The translations under genes and the position numbers were made by a program. A stretch of DNA of 64,000 nt from positions 997-64,996 of the forward strand of contig JAGGXR010000112.1 in assembly GCA_021162935.1 (NCBI GenBank), given 5' to 3'. Of the stretch, positions 9,027 through 18,808 are shown one piece after another. The stretch's first letter is position 1; each line of letters opens with the position of its first letter. The DNA comes from Deltaproteobacteria bacterium. Its GTDB lineage: Bacteria > Myxococcota_A > Polyangia > HGW-17 > SLPX01. Under the pieces are notes generated by a model. The model worked only from the letters and a program-made list of their open reading frames with translations, did not search any database and was not told where the DNA came from.

Positions 9027-12000
9027 CTACTTGAGGTGTCGCTTGGTAGCCCGCAGGCCGGCGCTGGCCGCGCGACTGTGGGGCCAGCGATGCAGGACAT
9101 CTTTGTAGGCCGCTGCCGCCGACTTATACAAGCCCAGTCGATAGTATGCATTTGCGAGTGTCAACCGCGCTCTCGTCCCGCCGCCGGCGTGCACGGCCCG
9201 ACTCGCCAACCGAGCCGCTGACTTGTACCGGCCCTGCTGAAACGCCATTTCCGCCTGGAGTGCCTTGGCGCGCCCGCCCATGCCCGGCATCGACGAGAGA
9301 CGACGAATGAGGCGACCAGATTCTCCGTACCGGCCAGCAAGCAGGGCGGAGCGCGCCGCCTTGAACAAAGCCCGAGCATCCACCTTGCGCGGGGCGGCCC
9401 TTACCGCGCTCCGATCCCGTCCAGCGGCGCCCGGTGAACGGGGTCCTTTGATCAACGTCACTCGGACAGGCCGCCGGGACATCGAAACCGACGCCTGCCC
9501 GCCGCGAGACGGTCTTTCGCGCACACTCCGTGCCGGTTTGCGGCCGCCGGCCCCCTGCTGGACCCCTGCATCCGGTGCCGATGCCAAGCCGGTCACCCTA
9601 TTGTGTGATCCATCCGATGAAGTGGCGTCGGACGGAACGTTCGTCATCCCCACGGTACCATCGAGAGGTACCCCAACACCAACCGAACGGCCCTGTGTCT
9701 CCGCACCATCGGTGGCCTTGCCCGACGCGACCTCCCGGCCAGTCTCTTCGGTGGATCGCGGATTCCCCTTGCCTCGCGTTAGCAAAAACACGAGACCCAC
9801 GCCTACCACGAGCAAGGTGACGACCCCCACCACAAGCACCCAACGGGGGACCCGACCGAACAGACCGCCGGGAGCCTCATCCCAAAAGAGCTCGCTGTCT
9901 TCAACTGCGCCTCTCGATTCGGGGCTCGAAGATACTCCAACCGGTGGTGGCATGAAGGTCGGCTGCACGCCGGCGGGAGGCTCATCGGCAATCACCGGAC
10001 TCGTAGCCGATTCGCTGGCCGACTCGGCTGACGACGCCAGCACGGATCGCCCCCCTGGCCCGACTTCGCTTCCGGCCCCTGCCCGTGGCACAGGACTGGG
10101 TTCCCCAGCCGGATGCCCGACCGATGCCAGGACGAATCCCGGAGGAGGCCGGAGCGGGACCTCGCCCGACCCCACGATGGGAGGCATCGGCGCCGGAGGC
10201 CCGACTGCCGCGCCTCCGTGGCCCGACGGAACGTCCGTCGCTCGTGGAGGATCCCCAGGATCACCCGCCTCGTCCCCCGTCGAAGCCACCACGGCCATTC
10301 CCTTGGCCGTGCCTTTTTGCTGCCGCCCAGGAACCGTTTCCTCCCCGGCAGGCAAGAGAATCGGTCGCAGAAACGGTCCTGGGCCGGCGATCATCTCGCG
10401 ACTCTCCGATACCGACGCAGACAGCCCGTCCGACTCCCCGCCGGGCTGGGACGCCGGCGCAAGGGAGTCCTGATCCGCGCCACTGGCCGCCGTCGCAGGC
10501 GATGCGGCGATCGATGCAATGGCGGGCTCCCTCGCCGGGGACGCCTTGGCCGAGACTGATTCCGTCCCGGCTGTCGCGGGATCTGCATCCTGCTTTCCGA
10601 CCACGTCCCCACGCCGCATCGGCTGGGCCGTTCCAGAACCGAACTGCTCGGCAGTCTGCCCAGTGCGTGCGCCGAATCGCACCTGCGGGGCGGTTTGTCC
10701 CGTTTGGCCTCCGCTTCGACCAGCAGCTTCGACCAGCGCACCAAATTCGGCTGCTGTCTGCGGTCGCTCCGCGGGATCGCGTGCCAAGGCCCGCATGATC
10801 ACGTGGCAGATCCCCGAAGGCAGATCCGGACGATGCTGGGTGATGTCTCTGGCCGGACGCTGAAGCTTACGGACCAAGATCTCCTGGGCGAAATCTCCCT
10901 CGTGTGGCGTCCTGGCCGTGAGCATCTCATAGAGAATCACGCCGAGCGAATAGACGTCCGACCGGACATCCGCATCAGCTCCCGCCGCCTGTTCGGGCGC
11001 CATGTATTCTGGCGTTCCCACGGCGGCTCCTGGATGGGTGAGGGCGTTGCCGATGTCTGTTCCGTCCAAACGTTTCGCAATGCCGAAATCCAGAATTTTG
11101 ATCTGTTGGCCGCCTTGACGATCCGGGATCACCATCACGTTGTCGGGTTTGAGGTCCCGGTGGACCACCCCGGCCTGGTGGGCCGCCTCGACGGCATTGG
11201 TCAACTGCAGGATCAAAGTGCCCGCCAAGTCCAGATCCAACGGGGCATCGCGATCGAGCAGGTCGGCGAGACTGTGCCCCTCGAGGAGTTCCATGACGTA
11301 GAAGCAACGACCGTCTTCAGTGGTGCCAAAATCCAGGATGTCCACCACGGCCGGATGTCCGATTCTGGTTGCCGATCGGGCCTCGCGGCGGAATCGTTCC
11401 ACCGCCTCGGACGTCTTCGCATAGGCCTCGTGGAGAATCTTGATGGCGACACGGCGACCGATGTCTTCGTGTTCCGCCTCGAACACCTGACCCATGCCTC
11501 CTTCACCCAGCATGCGGCCAAGACGGTACTTGCCCGCCACAAGCGGTCTGTCTGAGGCCGCGGCCTCGGGCATCAGGGCACCGGCTTCATCGACGCCCTG
11601 GCGTGCCCGCTCCACGAGTTCGCGGATCTGCCGCCGCTCCTGGTGAATCCGTTCCCCATACAGGCTGCGCATGAAAGCGGCGACCCGATCCGTATCGAGA
11701 TCGGGCCACAATTTAGCCTGTACCGCCGCCAGGGCAGCGCGCATCTCATCCGCAGAGCGATATCTCCGGGCGGGGTCCGCATCCAGGGCCTTGAGCACCA
11801 CGGAATCCAACTCCAGCGGCACGCGGGAACATACCGTCGAGGGCACGGATACCTTCGGTCCCCTGGCCCGATCCACCAGGTCCTGCGCCTGATTCTTCCC
11901 TGGGGGAAACAGCCGTCGGCCCGTAAGCAACTCCCAGAAAATGACACCGATGGCATACAAATCCGCTCGGGCGTCCATGTCACGACCACGGGCCTGTTCG

Positions 12001-12572
12001 GGCGCCATGTAGGAGACCTTCCCAAACACGACTCCGGGCGCGGTCTTCTGCATCTTGAGCGTGGACAGCGCCAGGCCGAAATCCGCAACCTTTCCCTCGC
12101 CCGAATAGGTGACCAGGATATTGGGTGGACTGATGTCTCGATGGACGAGTTTGAGCCCTTCGTAGCTATGTGCATAGGCAAGACCGCGAAGCGCATCCTT
12201 GATGACCTGGACGACCACATCGAGGGGAAAGGCCATCTGCACCTCGACACATCGATTCCAGATGGCGCGTAGATCCTTACCCTCGACAAATTCCATAGCC
12301 ATGTACATCTGGCCGTCCACATCCCCTACGTCGAAAACCTGAACCAGGTTTCCATGGGTCAGCCGGACCACCACCTTGGCCTCGTCCTCGAACCGGTGCA
12401 AAAACTCATCGTTCGACCGCTCGGGCAGCATGACCTTGATGGCAAGGAGTTTCTCCATGCCAGTCGCGCCCGTGGTCGCCACGTACACAGCCCCCATGCC
12501 CCCCGAGGCAAGCGGCCTCAGGATCGTGTAGTTGCCAAACCGGCGGGGAAACTTGTCTCGATGTCGTGTCAT
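9027..12572 (-). CDS. Membrane Ser/Thr protein kinase with two tandem kinase domains, low-complexity linker, TM helix and C-terminal TPR
   Basis: Domain 1: GGMGAVY, AIK, HRDISPPN, DFG, APE. Domain 2: GEGGMGQV, AIK, HRDLKPDN, DFG, APE. TM WVLVVGVVTLLVVGVGLVFLL. Start re-picked at ATG 12572. Confidence 0.92.
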   Translation of the reverse strand: MTRHRDKFPRRFGNYTILRPLASGGMGAVYVATTGATGMEKLLAIKVMLPERSNDEFLHRFEDEAKVVVRLTHGNLVQVFDVGDVDGQMYMAMEFVEGKDLRAIWNRCVEVQMAFPLDVVVQVIKDALRGLAYAHSYEGLKLVHRDISPPNILVTYSGEGKVADFGLALSTLKMQKTAPGVVFGKVSYMAPEQARGRDMDARADLYAIGVIFWELLTGRRLFPPGKNQAQDLVDRARGPKVSVPSTVCSRVPLELDSVVLKALDADPARRYRSADEMRAALAAVQAKLWPDLDTDRVAAFMRSLYGERIHQERRQIRELVERARQGVDEAGALMPEAAASDRPLVAGKYRLGRMLGEGGMGQVFEAEHEDIGRRVAIKILHEAYAKTSEAVERFRREARSATRIGHPAVVDILDFGTTEDGRCFYVMELLEGHSLADLLDRDAPLDLDLAGTLILQLTNAVEAAHQAGVVHRDLKPDNVMVIPDRQGGQQIKILDFGIAKRLDGTDIGNALTHPGAAVGTPEYMAPEQAAGADADVRSDVYSLGVILYEMLTARTPHEGDFAQEILVRKLQRPARDITQHRPDLPSGICHVIMRALARDPAERPQTAAEFGALVEAAGRSGGQTGQTAPQVRFGARTGQTAEQFGSGTAQPMRRGDVVGKQDADPATAGTESVSAKASPAREPAIASIAASPATAASGADQDSLAPASQPGGESDGLSASVSESREMIAGPGPFLRPILLPAGEETVPGRQQKGTAKGMAVVASTGDEAGDPGDPPRATDVPSGHGGAAVGPPAPMPPIVGSGEVPLRPPPGFVLASVGHPAGEPSPVPRAGAGSEVGPGGRSVLASSAESASESATSPVIADEPPAGVQPTFMPPPVGVSSSPESRGAVEDSELFWDEAPGGLFGRVPRWVLVVGVVTLLVVGVGLVFLLTRGKGNPRSTEETGREVASGKATDGAETQGRSVGVGVPLDGTVGMTNVPSDATSSDGSHNRVTGLASAPDAGVQQGAGGRKPARSVRERPSRGGQASVSMSRRPVRVTLIKGPRSPGAAGRDRSAVRAAPRKVDARALFKAARSALLAGRYGESGRLIRRLSSMPGMGGRAKALQAEMAFQQGRYKSAARLASRAVHAGGGTRARLTLANAYYRLGLYKSAAAAYKDVLHRWPHSRAASAGLRATKRHLK

Positions 12573-12768
12573 GTTTTCGGCAACGATACTATCTGAAAGA
12601 GGATGACCATTGCAAGAAGACACGCCGTCGCACCAAGGCGAACGGGCTGAAGAAATACGTTGGTCAACTGCCGAGTTGGAAGGCCGCGTACAGCACCAAC
12701 GTTTCCGATGGTATCGAAGCCCCCTTCTGTGGCGTCTGCCCGCCATGCCCCCAAGGCGAACACCTCGA

Positions 12769-13473
12769 TCAGGACTCTGCGCCCTGCTCCTTTTCGTCGT
12801 CCTGTTTTTTCTTGTACGAAAGCCGGCCGTCCAACCGATGAACAGGAAGCACCAACGATGAAGCGATGTTGGACACGTGCGCCTCGATCCGCTTCAAAAA
12901 CCGAAACAGCATCGCCGTACAAACCGCCTCGTTCGCGGACATGTCCGATCGTGCCACCTGCTCGATCAACGCGTCGCAACGCCGGGTCATGGCCGCCTCA
13001 TCCTGAACCACCTCCCGGGCGAGTTCCGAATCGGACTCGCGATAGGCATTGATGGCATCATCGACCACCTTGACCACGTGGTCGGCGACTTCTGCCACCT
13101 GCTCCTGATACCGCAGTTCACTGAGCGGTGTTTCCAGGTACTGGGCCACCTCCAGGAGGTTTTTGCTATAGTCCCCGACCCGTTCGGCATCCTTGACGAT
13201 GCTCATCAGGACAAGACAGGCGGGCATGTCTCCGCCAGGGTGGAGGGAAAGATACTCGACCACGTCCTTTCGGATCGCCCGTTCCTTGCGATTGATTGCA
13301 ATGTCCCGTCTGTAAACATCCGCCTGGGTGTCCACCCGTTGGACACGTCCCTTGAGCACGTCCAGAACGAGCAGAAACATCTCACGGTCCATTTTGAGCA
13401 TCTCGACGAAAGCGGTCATCATCTCCTGCACCGCCTGATGACTCTTCCACAGATCGAACAACATCCTGAACAT
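12769..13473 (-). CDS. phoU: Stand-alone PhoU-domain protein
   Basis: Two PhoU-type helical repeats: DIAINRKERAIR...DAERVGDYSKN and LKRIEAHVSNIA. Confidence 0.85.
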   Translation of the reverse strand: MFRMLFDLWKSHQAVQEMMTAFVEMLKMDREMFLLVLDVLKGRVQRVDTQADVYRRDIAINRKERAIRKDVVEYLSLHPGGDMPACLVLMSIVKDAERVGDYSKNLLEVAQYLETPLSELRYQEQVAEVADHVVKVVDDAINAYRESDSELAREVVQDEAAMTRRCDALIEQVARSDMSANEAVCTAMLFRFLKRIEAHVSNIASSLVLPVHRLDGRLSYKKKQDDEKEQGAES

Positions 13474-13486
13474 GGTTCTCTCCTGA

Positions 13487-14671
13487 TCAGTGCATCATGC
13501 GCCAGACGAAAATCGCCGTTCCCGGAAGAACGAAGAACAACCCCACCACATAGATCACCGCATAGATGGCGGACTTTGCGCCCAGACGCCCCATCGTTTC
13601 CGCCAGTCGAATCGGAATCCGCCTCATGAACCCAATCGGATAGAAGACCAGGATACCGGAAATGTTGAAAAGCAGGTGGACGAGCGCAATGGTCATGCCT
13701 GCCGCGTTGCCGGCCAAAGACGCGAGCAAGGCCGTCACCGTGGTGCCCACGTTGGCGCCGAGCGCCACCGGAAAAACCTGCTCAATGGTGAGCACGCCAG
13801 CGGCGGCCAGGGGCACCATAAGCGACGTGGTCACACTGGAACTCTGGATGATCGCGGTCACCGCAATCCCGACCAACAGCCCGACCGCAGGCACACTTTC
13901 CAACGCCTTGTTCAAATGCGATTGAGCCTTGTTGAGCACCAGTGTTTTCATCAACCGCGTGAGCATGTAGAGCGAGAAAATGAGCACGGCCACACTCGCG
14001 ATCAACAGGGTTACCCCGTCCCACGGCTTCCCCAGGAAAGCCAGCATGTGCCCACCTCCATGGGCCACGGGCTTGACGAATCGAGCAAGGGGGCCGTGAA
14101 AGCTCAAATCGGTCGAAGAACCGACGAGGAACTGGGTCACGTACGCCGCGGATTTGTGCAAAAACCCCGTCGCCAGCTCCAGGGGAAGCAACACGAGCAC
14201 CGAAAGGACATTGAAGATATCATGCACCGTCGCAGCGGCATAGGCCTTTTCGAATTCCTGCTTGCTGCCCACGTGAATGAACGCCACGAGCATCCCGGTG
14301 ACCGTCGTGCCGATGTTGGCCCCCATGACCACGGGCGTGGCGGTCTGCACGCTGAGCGTCCCAGACGCCACAAACGCCACGATCATGGAGGTCACGGTCG
14401 AGGAACTCTGGACGATGCTCGTTGCCAGAAGTCCAACGAACAGCCCCACGAACGGATTGGACGTTTCTTGGATGAGCGCCCGGGCGAATCCCTTGCCGAA
14501 CATCTTGAAAGAGACGCCCATGGCCGCAACGCTCACCAAAAACAAGTACAGGAGAACGATTGCGCCCAGAAATCGAAAGATGGTCTGCGAACGAGAAAGT
14601 TGAACGTCGATCCTGCCCTGCCCCGCCGTCTTCGCTGCCACATGGTCCGCCAGTTCACCGGTCCTGGTCAT
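13487..14671 (-). CDS. nptA: Na+/phosphate cotransporter (NptA / SLC34 family), short form without fused PhoU domains
   Basis: Two QSSS repeats (IVQSSSTVTS, IIQSSSVTTS), each followed by GANIGTT or GANVGTT. Confidence 0.92.
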   Translation of the reverse strand: MTRTGELADHVAAKTAGQGRIDVQLSRSQTIFRFLGAIVLLYLFLVSVAAMGVSFKMFGKGFARALIQETSNPFVGLFVGLLATSIVQSSSTVTSMIVAFVASGTLSVQTATPVVMGANIGTTVTGMLVAFIHVGSKQEFEKAYAAATVHDIFNVLSVLVLLPLELATGFLHKSAAYVTQFLVGSSTDLSFHGPLARFVKPVAHGGGHMLAFLGKPWDGVTLLIASVAVLIFSLYMLTRLMKTLVLNKAQSHLNKALESVPAVGLLVGIAVTAIIQSSSVTTSLMVPLAAAGVLTIEQVFPVALGANVGTTVTALLASLAGNAAGMTIALVHLLFNISGILVFYPIGFMRRIPIRLAETMGRLGAKSAIYAVIYVVGLFFVLPGTAIFVWRMMH

Positions 14672-14784
14672 CTCGCCACACTCCTGTTGCCTCAGGCCAT
14701 CGTTGCGCGCCACCAGGCTTTGCAAACGAGATATTCACCGATCCTGCAAAGAACCGGCGAACACAGTTTGACTTCGCGGCGAAC

Positions 14785-16350
14785 CTACCGGTTGTGCCTT
14801 TTTCTTGTCAAGCGATATTCGAGCATGATGAAAAACAGCGCCAGCAGGAGCCACCACAAGGACGGCCCGGTGCCAGTAGCCCGACAGTTGCAGCCCGACG
14901 GCTCATGTGCCGAACCCTGGGCTCCAGCGTCGCCCCGTGCCGCATCTTCTACGACGCCGGCATCGCCCGAACCGCTGTCTGCGACAGAACCATCGAGGCC
15001 GACGGCGGCGTCCACACCGCCGTCCGGGCCGCCATCGATGCCTGCATCGGGATCGTTGCTGCAGTGGACCTGGTCCTTTTCGAACACGACATGATCGAGA
15101 TCGCCCTCGATCTGAGGCGGGCTAGAAAGACTCTGGGTTCCCAGGTCACGCGCGGTCAGGGTGAGTTGGTCGCCCGCCACATCGCAAACAATGTAATGCA
15201 GATGATTTGCCGCCACGGCCGAGCCTTCCACTGTCTGAGAAAACAGCGGGTTGACGAGTGCCCCATAGCCACCGCTGACGATGTAGACGACACCCTGCGC
15301 CACACCTCTCGATCCACCGTCATCCGACAACGGCAAAATCTGCCTGGGTGTACCATACCCGCCCAGCGACGGATGAAACCGCTCATAATCATGATCGTGG
15401 CCACTGACCACGAGGTCCACGTGATGGGCGTCGAGCACCGGCACCATCACCTCGGCTCGTGGCGCATCTCCGTCGTTTCCCCCGTGTGCCCCACTGGACC
15501 AAATCGGCCGGTGAAACATGACCAGGGTCCAATCCACCTGATTCTCATGCGCAGTCAGCTCCTGATCCATCCAGCTGATCTGCTGGTCCATATCAAACGT
15601 TTCCGTGGACAGGACGATGACCTGCAAATTGCCAATGATGAGTGAGTAGTAGTCCTCCGTGGAATCGGGCCCGTCGGTGGGATAGCCGAACAAAGCGTTG
15701 AAGAAAGCGGTCTCTCCCTCGCCGGGCCCATTGTCATGGTTGCCAATGGTTAAAAAAAACGGCCGATCAGCAGAAATAGTCGTCAGATCGGAAAGTTCGG
15801 TGACCCATTGCTCCGCCTTCTCCCCGCTCCGCACGTAATCGCCCGAATGGAGCACGAACAACGGCTGTTCGGATGCGACCAGCGTCATCACGTCCGGCCA
15901 TTGTGATTCACGATAGGTGCCAACCCAGGGGATCTCCTCCCCTCGGCTGTCGCCTCCGGCAACGAAACGAAAGGGGGCGCAGGATCCTGGTGCTGGTGCC
16001 GTCTTGGCCTGATGCCATGAGGACCAAACGTTCGAGGACTGGACGCGGTACTCGTACTCGGTGTTCGCCGAAAGCCCAGTGAAGGTGACCTGGTAGGTCA
16101 CGCCGAGCTCAGAGGTTCCCGTGTCCTGCTGGGTCGCATCCATGGGCGTCGCCGTCCCACCATCATGCCGTATCTCGGCCCGACCGGGCCCGGAAGCATC
16201 ACTCCAAGAAACCGTCAAAGAAGAAGAAGGGTCCTGGCTCCAGGAAAGCCGCAACCACTGCGGTTCGGCCCTCGTCGTTCCCTCGGTGACAACCAGGGCC
16301 CCCAACAGCACCACCCCACATAACCACGCATGTCGTCTCGTACTCGTCAT
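14785..16350 (-). CDS. Purple acid phosphatase-family metallophosphoesterase with N-terminal FN3-like domain and MYXO-CTERM-like anchor
   Basis: Signal peptide; GDSRG, HSGDY, IGNHD, VMFHRP, SGHDHDYER; DAG/DGG-rich linker; C-terminal GCNCRATG...TM...RKRH. Confidence 0.9.
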   Translation of the reverse strand: MTSTRRHAWLCGVVLLGALVVTEGTTRAEPQWLRLSWSQDPSSSLTVSWSDASGPGRAEIRHDGGTATPMDATQQDTGTSELGVTYQVTFTGLSANTEYEYRVQSSNVWSSWHQAKTAPAPGSCAPFRFVAGGDSRGEEIPWVGTYRESQWPDVMTLVASEQPLFVLHSGDYVRSGEKAEQWVTELSDLTTISADRPFFLTIGNHDNGPGEGETAFFNALFGYPTDGPDSTEDYYSLIIGNLQVIVLSTETFDMDQQISWMDQELTAHENQVDWTLVMFHRPIWSSGAHGGNDGDAPRAEVMVPVLDAHHVDLVVSGHDHDYERFHPSLGGYGTPRQILPLSDDGGSRGVAQGVVYIVSGGYGALVNPLFSQTVEGSAVAANHLHYIVCDVAGDQLTLTARDLGTQSLSSPPQIEGDLDHVVFEKDQVHCSNDPDAGIDGGPDGGVDAAVGLDGSVADSGSGDAGVVEDAARGDAGAQGSAHEPSGCNCRATGTGPSLWWLLLALFFIMLEYRLTRKRHNR

Positions 16351-16467
16351 GATCCATAAACCTCCAGATGGCCTATGATACCACGATGAACGGCGGTCGC
16401 TGCTGTCTTTTTGGGGAGGGCGTCACCATTGCCGAAACCACAGGGGAGATGCCGGCCTATCTCGGAG

Positions 16468-17865
16468 TCAGGACGTCGCGTCGGCACCGATGTTCGCAGT
16501 AATCGCCGTGACAGTGGCCGCCAACGCGTCCAGGTCGACCTGCTGCTGCTCAAAGTTCGATAGGTCCTTGACCGTGGCCCGACCAGACGCTACCTCGTCG
16601 GGGCCGAGGATGACTGCGGCAGGAATCCCTCGTCGCGAGGCATACTTGAGCTGACGACCCATCTTGACCGGCTCACAATAAAAATCCACCTTCAACCCGG
16701 TGGCTCTGAGTTGCTCCGCAACACGAAGACTCGTCCCCACGCCATCCCGATCCCAACAGGTGACCAGCACATCGACCGCCGGAGTCCGTGTTTCGGTTCG
16801 CTGCTCGAAAATGTCCACGATGCGCTCGAGCCCCAAAGACAAGCCACAGGCCGGCTGCTGTTCGCCCATGAACATGCCTATCAAGCCGTCGTACCGCCCG
16901 CCGCCGGCAAGACTGACACCAAGTTGGGGCGATGAGATCTCGAAAATCGCTCCTGTATAGTAGCTCAGCCCACGAGCCAGACACGGTGCGACAGAGAGTC
17001 GCCTGCTGGTCTGTTCCCCGCTGAGGTCCAGAATCTGCTCGATCTCGGCCAGGCCGGATTCCGCCTGCTCGTTCCCACGACAATGTCCCGCCAACTCCGC
17101 CAGCACGACTTCATTGCCTTCATCGTCGAAACTGAGCATGCCCAACAGTGCATCGGCAGCCTCGACCCCCCGTTCGATGAGTTCGGCGCGCACCGCGTCC
17201 TTGCCGATCTTGTCCATTTTGTCGAGAACCACGACCGCATCCGTCCGGCGCGCTGCCGGCACCCCGGCCTGTTCCAGCAGGCCAAAAAGAAGCCCCCGGT
17301 GGTTCAACTGAACGGTAAAATCATCAAACCCCAGCCGCTCCAATGCTTGGCAGGCAGCGGACAACAGTTCCACCTCGGGAAGGGGGGCCGGCGCCCCTAC
17401 GATATCCACGTCACACTGATAGAATTCCCGATATCGCCCCCTAGCTGGACGATCCGCCCTCCAGACCGGCTGAATCTGGTATCGCTTGAAGGGTAGGGGC
17501 ATCCTGTGGGCCGCCACGACCCGGGCCAAAGGCACCGTGAGATCATAGCGAAGGCCCAAATCCGCTACGGCCGCAGGGTCCACGTGCGGCGCGGCAAGCG
17601 CTTTGGCGAGTTTGTCTCCCCGCTTGAGCACCTTGAACAGGAGTTGATCGCCTTCGTCGCCATACTTACCAAGCAGCACCGAGAGGGTCTCTAGGGCGGG
17701 CGTCTCGATGGGCTCGAATCCATGCGCTTCGTACACGGATCGAATCACGTCGATGATGCGGCGTCTGAGCCGAACCTGGTCCGGAAGAAAATCCCGCATC
17801 CCCCTCGGGGGATTGGTGGACTGCTTCCCCCCTTTACTCTGTGCTCCACCGCCACGTGCTCCCAT
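16468..17865 (-). CDS. hisS: Histidine--tRNA ligase
   Basis: PRGMRDF, LRYDLTVP, RPARGRYREFYQCDVD, ARGLSYYTG, GGGRYD, GLERI, and anticodon-binding domain. Confidence 0.97.
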   Translation of the reverse strand: MGARGGGAQSKGGKQSTNPPRGMRDFLPDQVRLRRRIIDVIRSVYEAHGFEPIETPALETLSVLLGKYGDEGDQLLFKVLKRGDKLAKALAAPHVDPAAVADLGLRYDLTVPLARVVAAHRMPLPFKRYQIQPVWRADRPARGRYREFYQCDVDIVGAPAPLPEVELLSAACQALERLGFDDFTVQLNHRGLLFGLLEQAGVPAARRTDAVVVLDKMDKIGKDAVRAELIERGVEAADALLGMLSFDDEGNEVVLAELAGHCRGNEQAESGLAEIEQILDLSGEQTSRRLSVAPCLARGLSYYTGAIFEISSPQLGVSLAGGGRYDGLIGMFMGEQQPACGLSLGLERIVDIFEQRTETRTPAVDVLVTCWDRDGVGTSLRVAEQLRATGLKVDFYCEPVKMGRQLKYASRRGIPAAVILGPDEVASGRATVKDLSNFEQQQVDLDALAATVTAITANIGADATS

Positions 17866-18076
17866 GCTTCAACCCTCCTCGAATTGCGGCCCATCGGCCC
17901 AACCGGCCACCGCCGCGCCGTTCGTCCCTTTCCTGGACGAGCAATAACCTTAACCCTTGACAGGTCGCCGGCAACACCTTAATCAAAAAAAGCGACTGCA
18001 CCCTGTGCTTAAGACATGAATGTATGGCAGTGCAACCATGAAACGCGGCGGACCGGACCGCCCAGGAAGAGACACC

Positions 18077-18694
18077 ATGGCAGATACCACGAGAAGCGGA
18101 CAGGACTATACCGGACCCGACCGACGAAAGAATCTCCCAACCATGGAGTTATGGCAGGAAAACATCCGTGCACTCAACCAGTGCAGCCTAAGCAACTGCC
18201 AAATGCGCTACGCCTTGACCTCGGACGAGTTGACCTTCCTCGTACGCTTCGAAAACGAAATCCCCGTGGGCCGACTCAATTTCGTGTTTCCCGACGTGGA
18301 CAAGGACCGACTCGTGGGCGACGGATGGAAGCGTTTCGTGCTCACGGTGAGCATCACCGATGAAGGCCGCCTGTCGGTGGACCTTTGGGGACGTTATGAA
18401 CGAGACAGCGTTCCTTTGGACATCAAGGGGAAATTCGTCCGGGACATCGGCCTGGGGATCGGGGTCGCCGAGGATGTGGTCAGCTTCGTCGATACCAGAA
18501 ACGGCACCACCGAAGACAATACGCTCCAGCAGATCCTAGACACCAAACTCAAGTCTGGAGAGCCCAAATACGCACGCAAGGACGACTCGGTGTCGAGCAT
18601 CTCGGTCGAAGGCATGATCGCCGTGTTGACCCGCTATTTCAAGGACTCCGCCGTACGACGCCGGGTTCTACCAGGATCCCAAAATCCCACCTAA
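18077..18694 (+). CDS. Hypothetical cytoplasmic protein with an N-terminal YTGPDRR motif
   Basis: Clean ORF with typical codon usage; no recognised domain apart from the motif at 18107-18127. Confidence 0.75.
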   Translation: MADTTRSGQDYTGPDRRKNLPTMELWQENIRALNQCSLSNCQMRYALTSDELTFLVRFENEIPVGRLNFVFPDVDKDRLVGDGWKRFVLTVSITDEGRLSVDLWGRYERDSVPLDIKGKFVRDIGLGIGVAEDVVSFVDTRNGTTEDNTLQQILDTKLKSGEPKYARKDDSVSSISVEGMIAVLTRYFKDSAVRRRVLPGSQNPT

Positions 18695-18808
18695 ACGCCC
18701 CAAAAATCTCCTGATGCGTCTCGGACGAAAACCGGCGAGAACATCACAAAACACGTCCACGGAAGACAAAGCCGTTGCTCGGTTCAGCGGATCAGCGACA
18801 ACGTTCCG

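Noticed and set aside
15772-15779. A8 tract inside the phosphatase gene as a phase-variation switch
   Set aside because: The frame is intact (PFFLT) and the tract is short; there is no evidence of variation without reads.
17957-17985. TTGACA upstream of the YTGPDRR gene as a sigma70 promoter
   Set aside because: No acceptable -10 hexamer at 16-18 bp spacing; the best candidate, CTTAAT, is at 15 bp.
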